DNA of 64,000 bases from an uncultured Clostridia bacterium (GTDB lineage: Bacteria > Bacillota_I > Bacilli_A > RF39 > UBA660), in assembly GCA_947165135.1 (NCBI GenBank), contig CAMUZE010000005.1:4101-68100 (forward strand), written 5' to 3'. Of this stretch, positions 8,442 through 17,403 are shown in pieces. The notes below the pieces were generated by a model. That model was not told where the DNA came from, searched no databases, and saw only the letters and a program-made list of their open reading frames with translations. Each line of letters opens with the position of its first letter. Position 1 is the first letter of the stretch. The position numbers and the translations under genes were made by a program.

Positions 8442-11400
8442 TGAAAAGAAGGATAATATTATCATTAGCATTGTTTATTATTATTTTATTTCCAAATGTA
8501 TCATCAGCTTTGGAGAAAAAAACATACTCTCAAATATTGCAAGAAACGATTGATTTACAAAACGGAGAAGAAATTGGCCAAACTACTGAAACATGTATGG
8601 AATCCGATGATTCCGGTAAATATTATACTGCAAAGTGGAATGAAAATCTTGGTGATAAGGGAAGAGAACTTATTGGTGCTGTGTGGGCATGTAGACGTAA
8701 AGTGATATCTGTAGATACTAATCCTATTAAATATTCATATACTAGCACAAACAAAAACACAGCTGAAAGTAATGTAAAAAAAGATGTAGATGATAAAAAT
8801 GCTCAATATAAAATACCATCTTGCTGTAATTGGAAAGGAGATCCCAAAAAAGGTTATAGCTGTAGCGACAGTTCAGCGTGTAATCCTACAGTTTGTAGCA
8901 CTGTAACATGTACCTCAACAACATCATCTTCTGGTGGCGGAAGTGGAGGAAGTGGAGGAAGCGGAGGTGGCGGAGGTGGACGCGTCGTTATAAGAGTAGT
9001 TAGCCAGGCTCAAAAAATAATAACACCTATACCTATAAGAGAATTTACAACTTATTATAGCATTAAAGAGAGAATGAACTGTATTCCAGTTGATGGAGCC
9101 CTAGAAGAAATATGTGTTGCAGGTGATCCACCCGTAGGTGATGATGATTCTGGTGGAAATGGTGGTGGTGACTCTGGTAGTGGTTCTGGTGGTTCAACAA
9201 CCACTTATTGGACTTGTGAAGCAACTTGTCCAAATAGAATAGTAACTTTATCTGATTCAGAGTGTGATGAAGTTAAAGGTGGTCTGGATATAACTACTCC
9301 ACTATATGATATGGATATTGATGGTACCAAGTATGATGGTGATCCTATATATTGTCTACAGCCAGGGGCTAATGGACCTACAGCTGATGGACTTAAATAT
9401 ATTTTGGATACACAGTTAGATGTGGGTAGATGTCAAGACCAATATGTAGATAAAAATGATCAAAATGCAATTCAATGTGGACTTGCCCAAATATTGTATT
9501 TTGCTCATAATCATACAGTTAATAGTAAAGGTGAAGATGTTTGGACTCGTAAACCTGAATATACTGATGGAACAATCACACTAGCTTTAAGGCTTTGGAT
9601 GGCTGCTTATGCTAAAACTCCAAATGGTACTCCAACGTATCCATCTCAAATAACTGATCCTACATATACATACACAGATTCAGAAGGAATAGAAAATCCT
9701 GATGATTACGGAACATATCAAGCATTTAATGCCTCTTCTCCATTAGCTTGGGTACCTAGTGAAGATTATTATGATAAAACTGCTCAAAAAATAAAAAATG
9801 GTAAGAAATATGACACAAAAAATTCGCAAATATCTGAAACTAATAAAGATATTATATTTTGTGCGGACACTGAAAAAAGTGGAGAATGTGTAATAGATAA
9901 AGCTATTAAATTATTTCATGAAACCGAGAAAGTTAGTAAAGAAAACTTTTTAGGTGGGACAAATTTTAATAGAGAGGTACCTATTGTACAATATGAAGTT
10001 GATACTGGTATTTTTGAAGTAAAATTTGATAATAGAGATACAATTAGCAAGATAAAAGAAAATTGTGAAGATGTTAATGATCCTGAATGTCAAATAGAAG
10101 TAAGACTATTTTATGGTGATGAAGATGTAACTGACAAGAAAATAGATGGAGAAAATGTATTTAAATTTGAAAATATTAGTGATGGAATTCCATTCTGTGA
10201 TAAGAATTCATGTGTTGCTAAAATAATTAGAACAAAAGAATTCTGTATCGGTGGTGGATATGAAGAACTTAAGCTTGTCATAATATTTAAAAATTGGACA
10301 AGAAATTATGGATATGTTAGGTTATATACCGCTGCTAAGTCAGATCCAGAAAAGTATCAAAAAATGGTTTCATTTGGAATTAAACAAGAACAGTGTGAAT
10401 CTGAAAGTAGTGAATATAGGAATGGTAGAGTTGAAAAGCCAATCAAAATACCTTGTAATTGTACTCCAAATTCTTGTGATGATTTAAGTGCAACAGAAAG
10501 CCCTAGTAGTACAACTACATGTTTATCAAAGAAGACAATTAAAGATGCTAATATGAATTGTATTGTAAATTCATGTCCTCTTGATATTAATAATGAATTT
10601 GTTGTTACATCTAAGTATGGACTTAATCCACTTGTTTGTACAGTATATGAAAGAGATGAGAATGAACTATACTTGCCAGGAAAAACGACGGTATATTCTG
10701 GAATGCAATTCAGTTATGATTTGGCTAATGAATTAAAATCAAGTTTAAAATTAGATACCACTCATAAAATCACTGCGGTTGCAATGCAGAAAAAACAAAT
10801 AACATCTAAAATTAATTATGAATATTGGGAAAGAGAATACATAAGAAAACAAAACCTACTTTATTATTCATATTTAATGGGTTATAGTAATGAATATAAA
10901 AATGCGTTAATAACAGAAATAAATGATTGGATAAATGATTTAAATAATTGTAATTTTGTAAGTTCTGGAAAACAGAGCGATGCTATTCACAAGATAAATG
11001 TTGAAATATCTAACAAAGGAGATTGCAAAAATGATTCTTGTTCTAAAGTAAGTGTAAGATATGATGATTCTAATTATGGAATTGACAATCAATTAGCTGT
11101 ATCTACTGCGTTTAATAATGCAGAGATTAAAGACAGAGATGGAAGAAGCTATAGAAAATATTATAATATTACAAACAAAGGATTTGAAACAAGCCGCTCA
11201 GATGATAGTTCTATTCCATTAAATATGTATTATTGCACAAATTCGTCAAGAATCAATTGCTATGAATATGAAAATAAAAATACTGCTGTAGAAATAGTAA
11301 TGGCTAGTACTTCTAGTGGAAAAATAAAGAGTACAGCTAAATTCAAAAGGTATACGAGTTTGAGTGATTCAGAAGCTCAAGCAGGATTTACATATATAAG

Positions 11401-12337
11401 TGATGATACACTACGTAAGTATAATTGCAGCGGAAGCAATTGTTCTTATTCTGCATTAGATATTCCACAAAATGATTATGTAACAATAATTTATAACGTA
11501 GAGCATGATTATTATAATGATAAGAATTATAAAGCAGAAGCGTATACGGGCGTCGCTGTAGAAGAGGCACTAACAAGTGAAGAGCAAAAGGCAATAGCTG
11601 ACGGTTCTGCTAAATATGTTCCTCTAGATAAATACGTATATCCAATATCAGTTAATAGTAAAACTGGTGAATATCCAGTGTACTTCACTTTCAGTAATAT
11701 TAAAAACAGATATAGAAAAAGCTCAAACGGGACAACAATTATCGATGGGGATAAATATAGTAATAGTTGTTTTTACAAAGTATATAACATAACAACATCT
11801 TATGATTGTGATGTTATGGATGAAAATGGAAAAATGGATTTATCGAAGTGTCAGGATACTAAATATAAAGTAGTTAAAGGTGTGCCAGAAATAGATGAAA
11901 GTAAAGTACTTTGGGAGACAACTGATGATGGGACACAATATGGATTTATTTTCAGAACTGTTGCACTAGATGATTTATTTCCTAATTCTAAAGTAACTCA
12001 AAATGGTATTAGTTCTCGTGCATCAAGTATAAATTGGAGCGACAAAAAAAATGTAATAGAGGAAATTGAAAATGGTGCTGATACAATATTTAGTGATTCT
12101 GAAAAACTAGAATATAGTTATACTTTAACTCCACAAGGAATAAAGGAAATTAAAGAATATAATGATAATTCTTTAGATTCTGGTGGATATTTAAACTCAA
12201 CATTAATTAATTGTAAAATTGATAATGATGAAACTGGATTAAAAAAATTTAAAAATTGTAAGAGTACATTCTTAGAAGATATTAGAAATAAAAAATTCCC
12301 AGGTGTAGAAACAAACAAGGATGATGTTTTACAATGA
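8441..12337 (+). CDS. Giant secreted Cys-rich protein, cassette 1 (1298 aa), putative pilus-associated adhesin
   Basis: Start overlaps the upstream stop (TAATG). Sec signal peptide MKRRIILSLALFIIILFPNVSSA, two Gly/Ser linkers, many Cys, and no C-terminal TM or sorting motif. Colinear homology to 13524..16988. Confidence 0.85.
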   Translation: MKRRIILSLALFIIILFPNVSSALEKKTYSQILQETIDLQNGEEIGQTTETCMESDDSGKYYTAKWNENLGDKGRELIGAVWACRRKVISVDTNPIKYSYTSTNKNTAESNVKKDVDDKNAQYKIPSCCNWKGDPKKGYSCSDSSACNPTVCSTVTCTSTTSSSGGGSGGSGGSGGGGGGRVVIRVVSQAQKIITPIPIREFTTYYSIKERMNCIPVDGALEEICVAGDPPVGDDDSGGNGGGDSGSGSGGSTTTYWTCEATCPNRIVTLSDSECDEVKGGLDITTPLYDMDIDGTKYDGDPIYCLQPGANGPTADGLKYILDTQLDVGRCQDQYVDKNDQNAIQCGLAQILYFAHNHTVNSKGEDVWTRKPEYTDGTITLALRLWMAAYAKTPNGTPTYPSQITDPTYTYTDSEGIENPDDYGTYQAFNASSPLAWVPSEDYYDKTAQKIKNGKKYDTKNSQISETNKDIIFCADTEKSGECVIDKAIKLFHETEKVSKENFLGGTNFNREVPIVQYEVDTGIFEVKFDNRDTISKIKENCEDVNDPECQIEVRLFYGDEDVTDKKIDGENVFKFENISDGIPFCDKNSCVAKIIRTKEFCIGGGYEELKLVIIFKNWTRNYGYVRLYTAAKSDPEKYQKMVSFGIKQEQCESESSEYRNGRVEKPIKIPCNCTPNSCDDLSATESPSSTTTCLSKKTIKDANMNCIVNSCPLDINNEFVVTSKYGLNPLVCTVYERDENELYLPGKTTVYSGMQFSYDLANELKSSLKLDTTHKITAVAMQKKQITSKINYEYWEREYIRKQNLLYYSYLMGYSNEYKNALITEINDWINDLNNCNFVSSGKQSDAIHKINVEISNKGDCKNDSCSKVSVRYDDSNYGIDNQLAVSTAFNNAEIKDRDGRSYRKYYNITNKGFETSRSDDSSIPLNMYYCTNSSRINCYEYENKNTAVEIVMASTSSGKIKSTAKFKRYTSLSDSEAQAGFTYISDDTLRKYNCSGSNCSYSALDIPQNDYVTIIYNVEHDYYNDKNYKAEAYTGVAVEEALTSEEQKAIADGSAKYVPLDKYVYPISVNSKTGEYPVYFTFSNIKNRYRKSSNGTTIIDGDKYSNSCFYKVYNITTSYDCDVMDENGKMDLSKCQDTKYKVVKGVPEIDESKVLWETTDDGTQYGFIFRTVALDDLFPNSKVTQNGISSRASSINWSDKKNVIEEIENGADTIFSDSEKLEYSYTLTPQGIKEIKEYNDNSLDSGGYLNSTLINCKIDNDETGLKKFKNCKSTFLEDIRNKKFPGVETNKDDVLQ
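8924..8980 (+). repeat. Low-complexity GGN/AGY triplet run encoding SSSGGGSGGSGGSGGGGGG
   Basis: Imperfect gga-agt-gga/ggt-ggc reiteration, locally much more GC-rich than its surroundings. A second Gly/Ser run lies at about 9139..9205. Confidence 0.8.
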
Positions 12338-12516
12338 AACAAGCATTCTGGGCATATGCAGTAGTAGCATTTGGAGTAGTAATAGTAGTAGTAATGCTAT
12401 TTATACAAAGAATGACAATAACAACAGAAGAGAACTATTATTTAGAAAAAGAAATATTAGAGTCCTCCATGATAGACGCAGTAGATTATGGAACATATAA
12501 AAAACAGGAAAAATAG
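12334..12516 (+). CDS. 60-aa single-TM ORF (probable N-terminal half of a split ~138-aa gene), cassette 1
   Basis: ATGA overlap with the giant ORF. Reads MKQAFWAYAVVAFGVVIVVVMLF (TM). It terminates just after an A6 tract, and the -1 frame is open from 12501 into the next ORF. Confidence 0.6.
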   Translation: MKQAFWAYAVVAFGVVIVVVMLFIQRMTITTEENYYLEKEILESSMIDAVDYGTYKKQEK

Positions 12517-12518
12517 TA

Positions 12519-12752
12519 ATGTCAGAGCAAAAATTTGTAGAAGTATTTATAAGAAGATTTGCAGAAAGTGTAACAAATAATAAAACGTATCAATTAAACT
12601 TCTATGACATAAAAGAAGAACCACCAAAAGCTACTGTAAGGATAAGAACTGCAGCAGGATCAACAAATATAAATTCAGAATCATTTGATGTAAATTTAGA
12701 TACAACATTAAGTGGAATATTAGAAACCATTTATGGAACAAAAAGTAATTAA
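12519..12752 (+). CDS. 77-aa ORF (probable C-terminal half of the split gene), cassette 1
   Basis: ATG lies 2 nt after the upstream stop, with a weak AGGAAA 9 nt upstream. The product is soluble and beta-rich, and the ORF is followed by a strong terminator. Confidence 0.6.
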   Translation: MSEQKFVEVFIRRFAESVTNNKTYQLNFYDIKEEPPKATVRIRTAAGSTNINSESFDVNLDTTLSGILETIYGTKSN

Positions 12753-12785
12753 AAGTTTAGATTGATTTCTAAACTTTTTAATTTT
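12751..12785 (+). terminator. Rho-independent terminator of cassette 1
   Basis: 11-bp stem aaaagtttaga / tctaaactttt with a 6-nt loop and a T-rich tail. Confidence 0.8.
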
Positions 12786-12806
12786 ATGTACTTTATTTAT
12801 ATAATG

Positions 12807-12815
12807 TGATATAAT
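12807..12815 (+). promoter_or_regulatory. Extended -10 promoter (TGaTATAAT) of cassette 2
   Basis: TG at 12807-12808 and TATAAT at 12810-12815. The leader caaaattgaaagtagg is homologous to the cassette 1 leader. Confidence 0.55.
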
Positions 12816-12837
12816 CAAAATTGAAAGTAGGTGTCAC

Positions 12838-13527
12838 ATGAAAAAAATAAAAACATTATTTTTTGTATTATCACTTTTGATTTTTATGCCAAAATTATTT
12901 GCGGTATGTGATGATGCTGATTTAAATGATTTAGCAGAAAAATTTAATGCTGGATATATTGAAGATAGTGAACAAAAAATAAAACTTGAAGATGGGAGTT
13001 ATAAAGTATATAAAAAGGAATATGCTTATTTAATTGTATTTACTCCATATTCAAAAGATTTGAAAGTAGTGGTGAATGATTCAATTTTAAAAGAGAATCA
13101 AGAAGCAACTTATAGTGAAAGAAGAGGGACATATGTTATAGGATCTGATATTCATTATAAAGAGAAAGTATATACCGTTAATGTATATGGAAATGAAAAG
13201 TCTGCTTGTCCTAATCAATTATTGAAAACTTTAAGTTTTACAATACCACCTTTTAATGAATATAGTATGTACACATATTGTGAAAACAATAAAGACGAAG
13301 ATATATGTACTATGATGAAAGACACAAGCGATGTTACAATGAGTGAGTATAAAGAAATTGTTGCTGATAATATTGAAAATAAAAAGATAGAAAAAATGAA
13401 TTTTTTTGAAAAGGTACTATATTATATTTCAAAATATTGGATTTTTGTAGCAGTACCTGTATTATTGATTTCGACATATTATATTGTTACAATTATAGTA
13501 TATAAAAAGAAGGTGAACAAACGATGA
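12838..13527 (+). CDS. Secreted/tail-anchored 4-Cys protein, cassette 2 (229 aa)
   Basis: Paralog of 7752..8441 with the same length, the same Cys pattern (AVC, SAC, YC.NNKDEDIC), and a C-terminal TM plus YKKKVNKR tail. Confidence 0.8.
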   Translation: MKKIKTLFFVLSLLIFMPKLFAVCDDADLNDLAEKFNAGYIEDSEQKIKLEDGSYKVYKKEYAYLIVFTPYSKDLKVVVNDSILKENQEATYSERRGTYVIGSDIHYKEKVYTVNVYGNEKSACPNQLLKTLSFTIPPFNEYSMYTYCENNKDEDICTMMKDTSDVTMSEYKEIVADNIENKKIEKMNFFEKVLYYISKYWIFVAVPVLLISTYYIVTIIVYKKKVNKR

Positions 13528-16500
13528 AAAAGAAAGTATTATTTTTACTACTACTATTAGTTTTATTATTTGGATACAAAACGTTTGTTTTTGCTGATGA
13601 AACAGAATATACTACAGCAGTTTGTACTGATGATGAAAGCGGTAAAGTACACATAAGATGGGACAAACAGAAAGAACATGTTGGTGCTGTATATGTATGT
13701 TATTATCCTGTTGTATCAGCATTTGAAACAGTAACAGGTGAATTTGATACTGAAGCTGAGGCTGAAGCATACGCTCATGAGATACAAGGTGGATATACAA
13801 TACCTCATTGCTGTCATACAACTGATGTAAAAGAAACTGGATGTTCTGGTGCTGTTTGTAAGGAACCAGAATGTAAAGTTGACCCTATCACTAGAACATA
13901 TAGGCCAAGTTTGGGTGGTGCATCTATACTTGCAGGTGGAAGTGTAACTTTAAGTGTATCTAATATGCCTCCAAATTGTAGTGTTAGTTGGAGTTCTAAT
14001 GCTCCAGGTGGAACCTTTAGTTCAAGTACTGTTGGAACATATACAGTAACCGCATCATTATCATGTGGGCCAGTATTAAGTGCAACAGTTACAGTAGCAG
14101 ATCCATTATCAGGTGCAAATACTGAAGCAGCAATGAAGAATTATTCTACATCAAATAAAATAAAAGCAGTTGATTCTGTGAGTAGTTCTTCTGGTACTGT
14201 AACAGTAATAACTGGATATTCTGTAAATTGTGAGGTACCTCATGTAACTTATGACAAAACAAAATGCTATCCTGGAGATAAAGAAATAATATCAATTAGT
14301 TATGAAATAAATTTAAAAGATGACAAATATGAAGGAGATTCTGTATATTGTTTACAACCCGGTGCAACTGGGCCAGGACCTGATAGTACAGGTCTTCCAT
14401 ATATAGAAGATATGAATTTTGATATTTCTGTATGTCAGGATCAATATACTAACAAGAATGATAAGAATGCTGTACAATGTGGACTTGCACAACTACTTTA
14501 TCAAACTTATAATTGTGATAGAACAACAGGAAAATGCACACCAAAAGGAGAATATTCAAATGGAGTTATAACACTTGCTTTGAGACTTTGGATGGCTGCA
14601 TATGGAAAAGATACGTATTCTTTGGGTACAACATCTGAACTTGAAGACAATCCATTATTAGATTGGATACCTAGAGAAGATTATTATCAAGTCACTGCAG
14701 ACCTTATTAAGAACGGATGCGCTAAAACAGGTAAAAAATGTTATGATACAAGCTATGATGCACTTCAAAAAGATAAAGTATTAGGTAGAATTGGATGTAC
14801 AAAATCTGAAAGTGCTAAAAAGAGTACTGATCCAAGTTTTAAGTGTGATATAGATAAAGCCATAGAACTATTCCATAATACAGAAAATGTGAAAAAGCAA
14901 GATTTTTTAGGCGGAATTAACTTCGATAAAAAAGTTCCTGTATTCAAATATGAAGAAGATCAAGGAATTATTAAAGTTGAATTTGATGAAATTGAAGATG
15001 TTGAAGAAATAAATGTAGATTGTAAACCTGGAGAACCCGGATGTACATTAAAAATTAGATTTTATTATGGGGATATAGATGTAACCGATTTGGTTGAATT
15101 AGGCGAATGGTCATGCGAGAAGAATACATGTACTGCTAAAGTAATTGGTACAAAATTCTGTTTAAAATATAAGACACCAGGTGTAACAGTTTTAAGAGCT
15201 GTACTTGAAATATCAAACTGGAAAAGAAATAATGGTTATGTAAGATTCTATACTCATGCAACATCACCTAATAAATATCAAAAGATGATATCATTTGGTC
15301 TTCTATTAGAAGAATGTGAAGAAGCACAGGAGGCACAAAAGAAGTTATATATTCCGGGTGAGGTTAGAATAGATTGTCCTTGTGATGATAAGTGTGATGA
15401 TTTAAGTTCGAAAGAAACTGATAATAAAGAATGTAGTGGATATAGTAAAATTACTGATGCAAATATGAACTGTATTGTTAATGCTTGCTTCAAGATAGAT
15501 ACATATAAATATAATGTTTCATCAAAATATATTGTTAACCCACTAGTTTGTACATTATACGAAAGACAAGAAAATGAATTCTATCTACCAGAAAAAACAA
15601 GCGTATATGCAGGTATGCAATTTAGTTATGACCTTGGGGCAACACTAGGAATAAAGACAATATCTAGTAACATGGATCCTAGTCCAAAACTAACAAGTAT
15701 TGTTAAACAAAGAAAACAAGTTACATCTGAGATTAATTATTCGTTCTGGAAATCAGAATATGATAGAAAATTAAATAGACTATCTTATGCTTATGAACAA
15801 GGTTATAGTGATGAATATAAGAAACAATTAAAAGCTGAAATTAACGAATGGTTATTTGACCTTAAGAATTGTAATTTATATACTCCAGTTCAAACAGGAG
15901 CTAGTGATACACGTTCACATGCTATTAATAATATTTTAAGCAGTGCAAATTGTAGTGGAGAAAAATGTTTAAATATGGACATTACTTATGGTGATGTAAA
16001 ATATGGTAAGGATGTTGATCCTCTAGTTGATATTAGTGAGGTTTTAACTAGCGATGGATATGAGCTATATTATTGTAAAAACAATGGAAACGAAGATAAA
16101 TGTTATAGATTTGATAAAAATAATGCAGTTGAAGTTAAGGAAAATAATAAAGTTGAAACTGTAGATTATTATAGTGGAAAAGTAAAAATCCCAACTAATG
16201 ATTATGCTACTATAGTAATTGATATTGAACATGATTTCTATCAAGCAACTAAATATAAAACAAGAGCATATACTGGTGTTGTTGAAAAAGGTGAAATAAC
16301 AAAAGGAGAAACTAAAAAATATACACCATTAAGCGATTATTCTTACCCTGTATCTGGTAGTAGCAAAACAGGCGAATATCCTGTTAATATCAAAATATCA
16401 AATATAGGTAATTTAGGTAGAAAATCAACGAACTATGCATATGCATGTAAATATCAAGTTTACAATAGAACAACTGCTTATGATTGTGCTGCATTAGATA

Positions 16501-16988
16501 AAAATGGAAATATCGACCTTTCTAAATGTCAAGATGCAAATTATAAAGTAGAAAATGGTATTCCAAAAATCGATGATAGTCAAATTAGTTGGAGTTCAAC
16601 CGATAGTAAAAACAATGGATTTGTATTTAAAAATGTTGATTTAAGTAATTTATTCCCTAATGGTTTAGATAGTTTAAATTCAGATGTTAACTGGACAGGT
16701 AAAGAAGAAGATATCAAAGAAATTGAAAATACAGCTGATACAATATTTACTGATGAGTCTTACTTACAATATAGTTACACAATAACTCCACAAGGAATGA
16801 AAGAAATTAAAGATTACAACACTAATAATTTAAGTGATGGAGGATATTTAAATTCAACATTATTAGATTGTAGTGTTATAAATGATGATACTGGATTACA
16901 ACAATTTAGAAATTGTAAGAGTACATTCTTAGAGGAAATTAGAAGTTATGCTGGAGTAACTGTTAATAAGGAAGGTGGTTCAAAATGA
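13524..16988 (+). CDS. Giant secreted Cys-rich protein, cassette 2 (1154 aa), putative pilus-associated adhesin
   Basis: ATGA overlap with the upstream gene and signal peptide MKKKVLFLLLLLVLLFGYKTFVFA. An Ig-like beta-rich segment (GGSVTLSVS..TYTVTASL..TVTVADP) replaces the Gly/Ser linkers of copy 1. It shares the conserved YCLQPGA.GP core and C-terminal domain with copy 1. Confidence 0.85.
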   Translation: MKKKVLFLLLLLVLLFGYKTFVFADETEYTTAVCTDDESGKVHIRWDKQKEHVGAVYVCYYPVVSAFETVTGEFDTEAEAEAYAHEIQGGYTIPHCCHTTDVKETGCSGAVCKEPECKVDPITRTYRPSLGGASILAGGSVTLSVSNMPPNCSVSWSSNAPGGTFSSSTVGTYTVTASLSCGPVLSATVTVADPLSGANTEAAMKNYSTSNKIKAVDSVSSSSGTVTVITGYSVNCEVPHVTYDKTKCYPGDKEIISISYEINLKDDKYEGDSVYCLQPGATGPGPDSTGLPYIEDMNFDISVCQDQYTNKNDKNAVQCGLAQLLYQTYNCDRTTGKCTPKGEYSNGVITLALRLWMAAYGKDTYSLGTTSELEDNPLLDWIPREDYYQVTADLIKNGCAKTGKKCYDTSYDALQKDKVLGRIGCTKSESAKKSTDPSFKCDIDKAIELFHNTENVKKQDFLGGINFDKKVPVFKYEEDQGIIKVEFDEIEDVEEINVDCKPGEPGCTLKIRFYYGDIDVTDLVELGEWSCEKNTCTAKVIGTKFCLKYKTPGVTVLRAVLEISNWKRNNGYVRFYTHATSPNKYQKMISFGLLLEECEEAQEAQKKLYIPGEVRIDCPCDDKCDDLSSKETDNKECSGYSKITDANMNCIVNACFKIDTYKYNVSSKYIVNPLVCTLYERQENEFYLPEKTSVYAGMQFSYDLGATLGIKTISSNMDPSPKLTSIVKQRKQVTSEINYSFWKSEYDRKLNRLSYAYEQGYSDEYKKQLKAEINEWLFDLKNCNLYTPVQTGASDTRSHAINNILSSANCSGEKCLNMDITYGDVKYGKDVDPLVDISEVLTSDGYELYYCKNNGNEDKCYRFDKNNAVEVKENNKVETVDYYSGKVKIPTNDYATIVIDIEHDFYQATKYKTRAYTGVVEKGEITKGETKKYTPLSDYSYPVSGSSKTGEYPVNIKISNIGNLGRKSTNYAYACKYQVYNRTTAYDCAALDKNGNIDLSKCQDANYKVENGIPKIDDSQISWSSTDSKNNGFVFKNVDLSNLFPNGLDSLNSDVNWTGKEEDIKEIENTADTIFTDESYLQYSYTITPQGMKEIKDYNTNNLSDGGYLNSTLLDCSVINDDTGLQQFRNCKSTFLEEIRSYAGVTVNKEGGSK

Positions 16989-17167
16989 AACAAGCATTCT
17001 GGGCATATGCAGTAGTAGCATTTGGAGTAGTAATAGTAGTAGTAATGCTATTTATACAAAGAATGACAATAACAACAGAAGAGAACTATTATTTAGAAAA
17101 AGAAATATTAGAGTCCTCCATGATAGACGCAGTAGATTATGGAACATATAAAAAACAGGAAAAATAG
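16985..17167 (+). CDS. 60-aa single-TM ORF, cassette 2 (identical to 12334..12516)
   Basis: Identical nucleotide and protein sequence, and the same ATGA coupling to the giant ORF. Confidence 0.6.
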   Translation: MKQAFWAYAVVAFGVVIVVVMLFIQRMTITTEENYYLEKEILESSMIDAVDYGTYKKQEK

Positions 17168-17169
17168 TA

Positions 17170-17403
17170 ATGTCAGAGCAAAAATTTGTAGAAGTATTTA
17201 TAAGAAGATTTGCAGAAAGTGTAACAAATAATAAAACGTATCAATTAAACTTCTATGACATAAAAGAAGAACCACCAAAAGCTACTGTAAGGATAAGAAC
17301 TGCAGCAGGATCAACAAATATAAATTCAGAATCATTTGATGTAAATTTAGATACAACATTAAGTGGAATATTAGAAACCATTTATGGAACAAAAAGTAAT
17401 TAA
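17170..17403 (+). CDS. 77-aa ORF, cassette 2 (identical to 12519..12752)
   Basis: Identical nucleotide and protein sequence. Confidence 0.6.
   Translation: MSEQKFVEVFIRRFAESVTNNKTYQLNFYDIKEEPPKATVRIRTAAGSTNINSESFDVNLDTTLSGILETIYGTKSN

Larger units (their letters stand above)
7680..12784 (+). repeat. Tandem paralogous four-gene cassette, copy 1 (promoter to terminator)
   Basis: Same gene order, overlaps, leader (TATAATCAA..TGAAAGTAGG) and terminator as 12785..17435. The first two genes are diverged and the last 452 bp are identical. Confidence 0.85.
12333..12784 (+). repeat. 452-bp perfect direct repeat, copy 1
   Basis: I read it as base-for-base identical to 16984..17435. Identity starts one base before the ATG of the 60-aa ORF and ends just after the terminator hairpin. 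Confidence 0.9.

Noticed and set aside
8496-8705. 69-aa ORF in an alternative frame at the start of giant ORF 1, and similar embedded ORFs (11388..11594, 12118..12342, 13612..13821, 14765..14947, 15278..15493)
   Set aside because: All are embedded in the long, paralog-supported giant ORFs, with no independent signals.
9350-9520. YCLQ as the Cys motif of an internal thioester (TED) adhesin domain
   Set aside because: The Y-C-hydrophobic-Q context resembles my recollection of the TED Cys motif. However, I find no convincing partner Gln motif (hydrophobic-Q-x-x-x-W) at a suitable distance. The nearest candidate (LAQILY / LAQLLY) is only ~45 residues away and lacks the Trp. It is kept only as an idea to test, not a call.
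12333-12784. The 452-bp repeat as an IS element or MITE
   Set aside because: It has no terminal inverted repeats, no transposase and no target duplications. It corresponds exactly to the last two ORFs plus the terminator of a duplicated operon.
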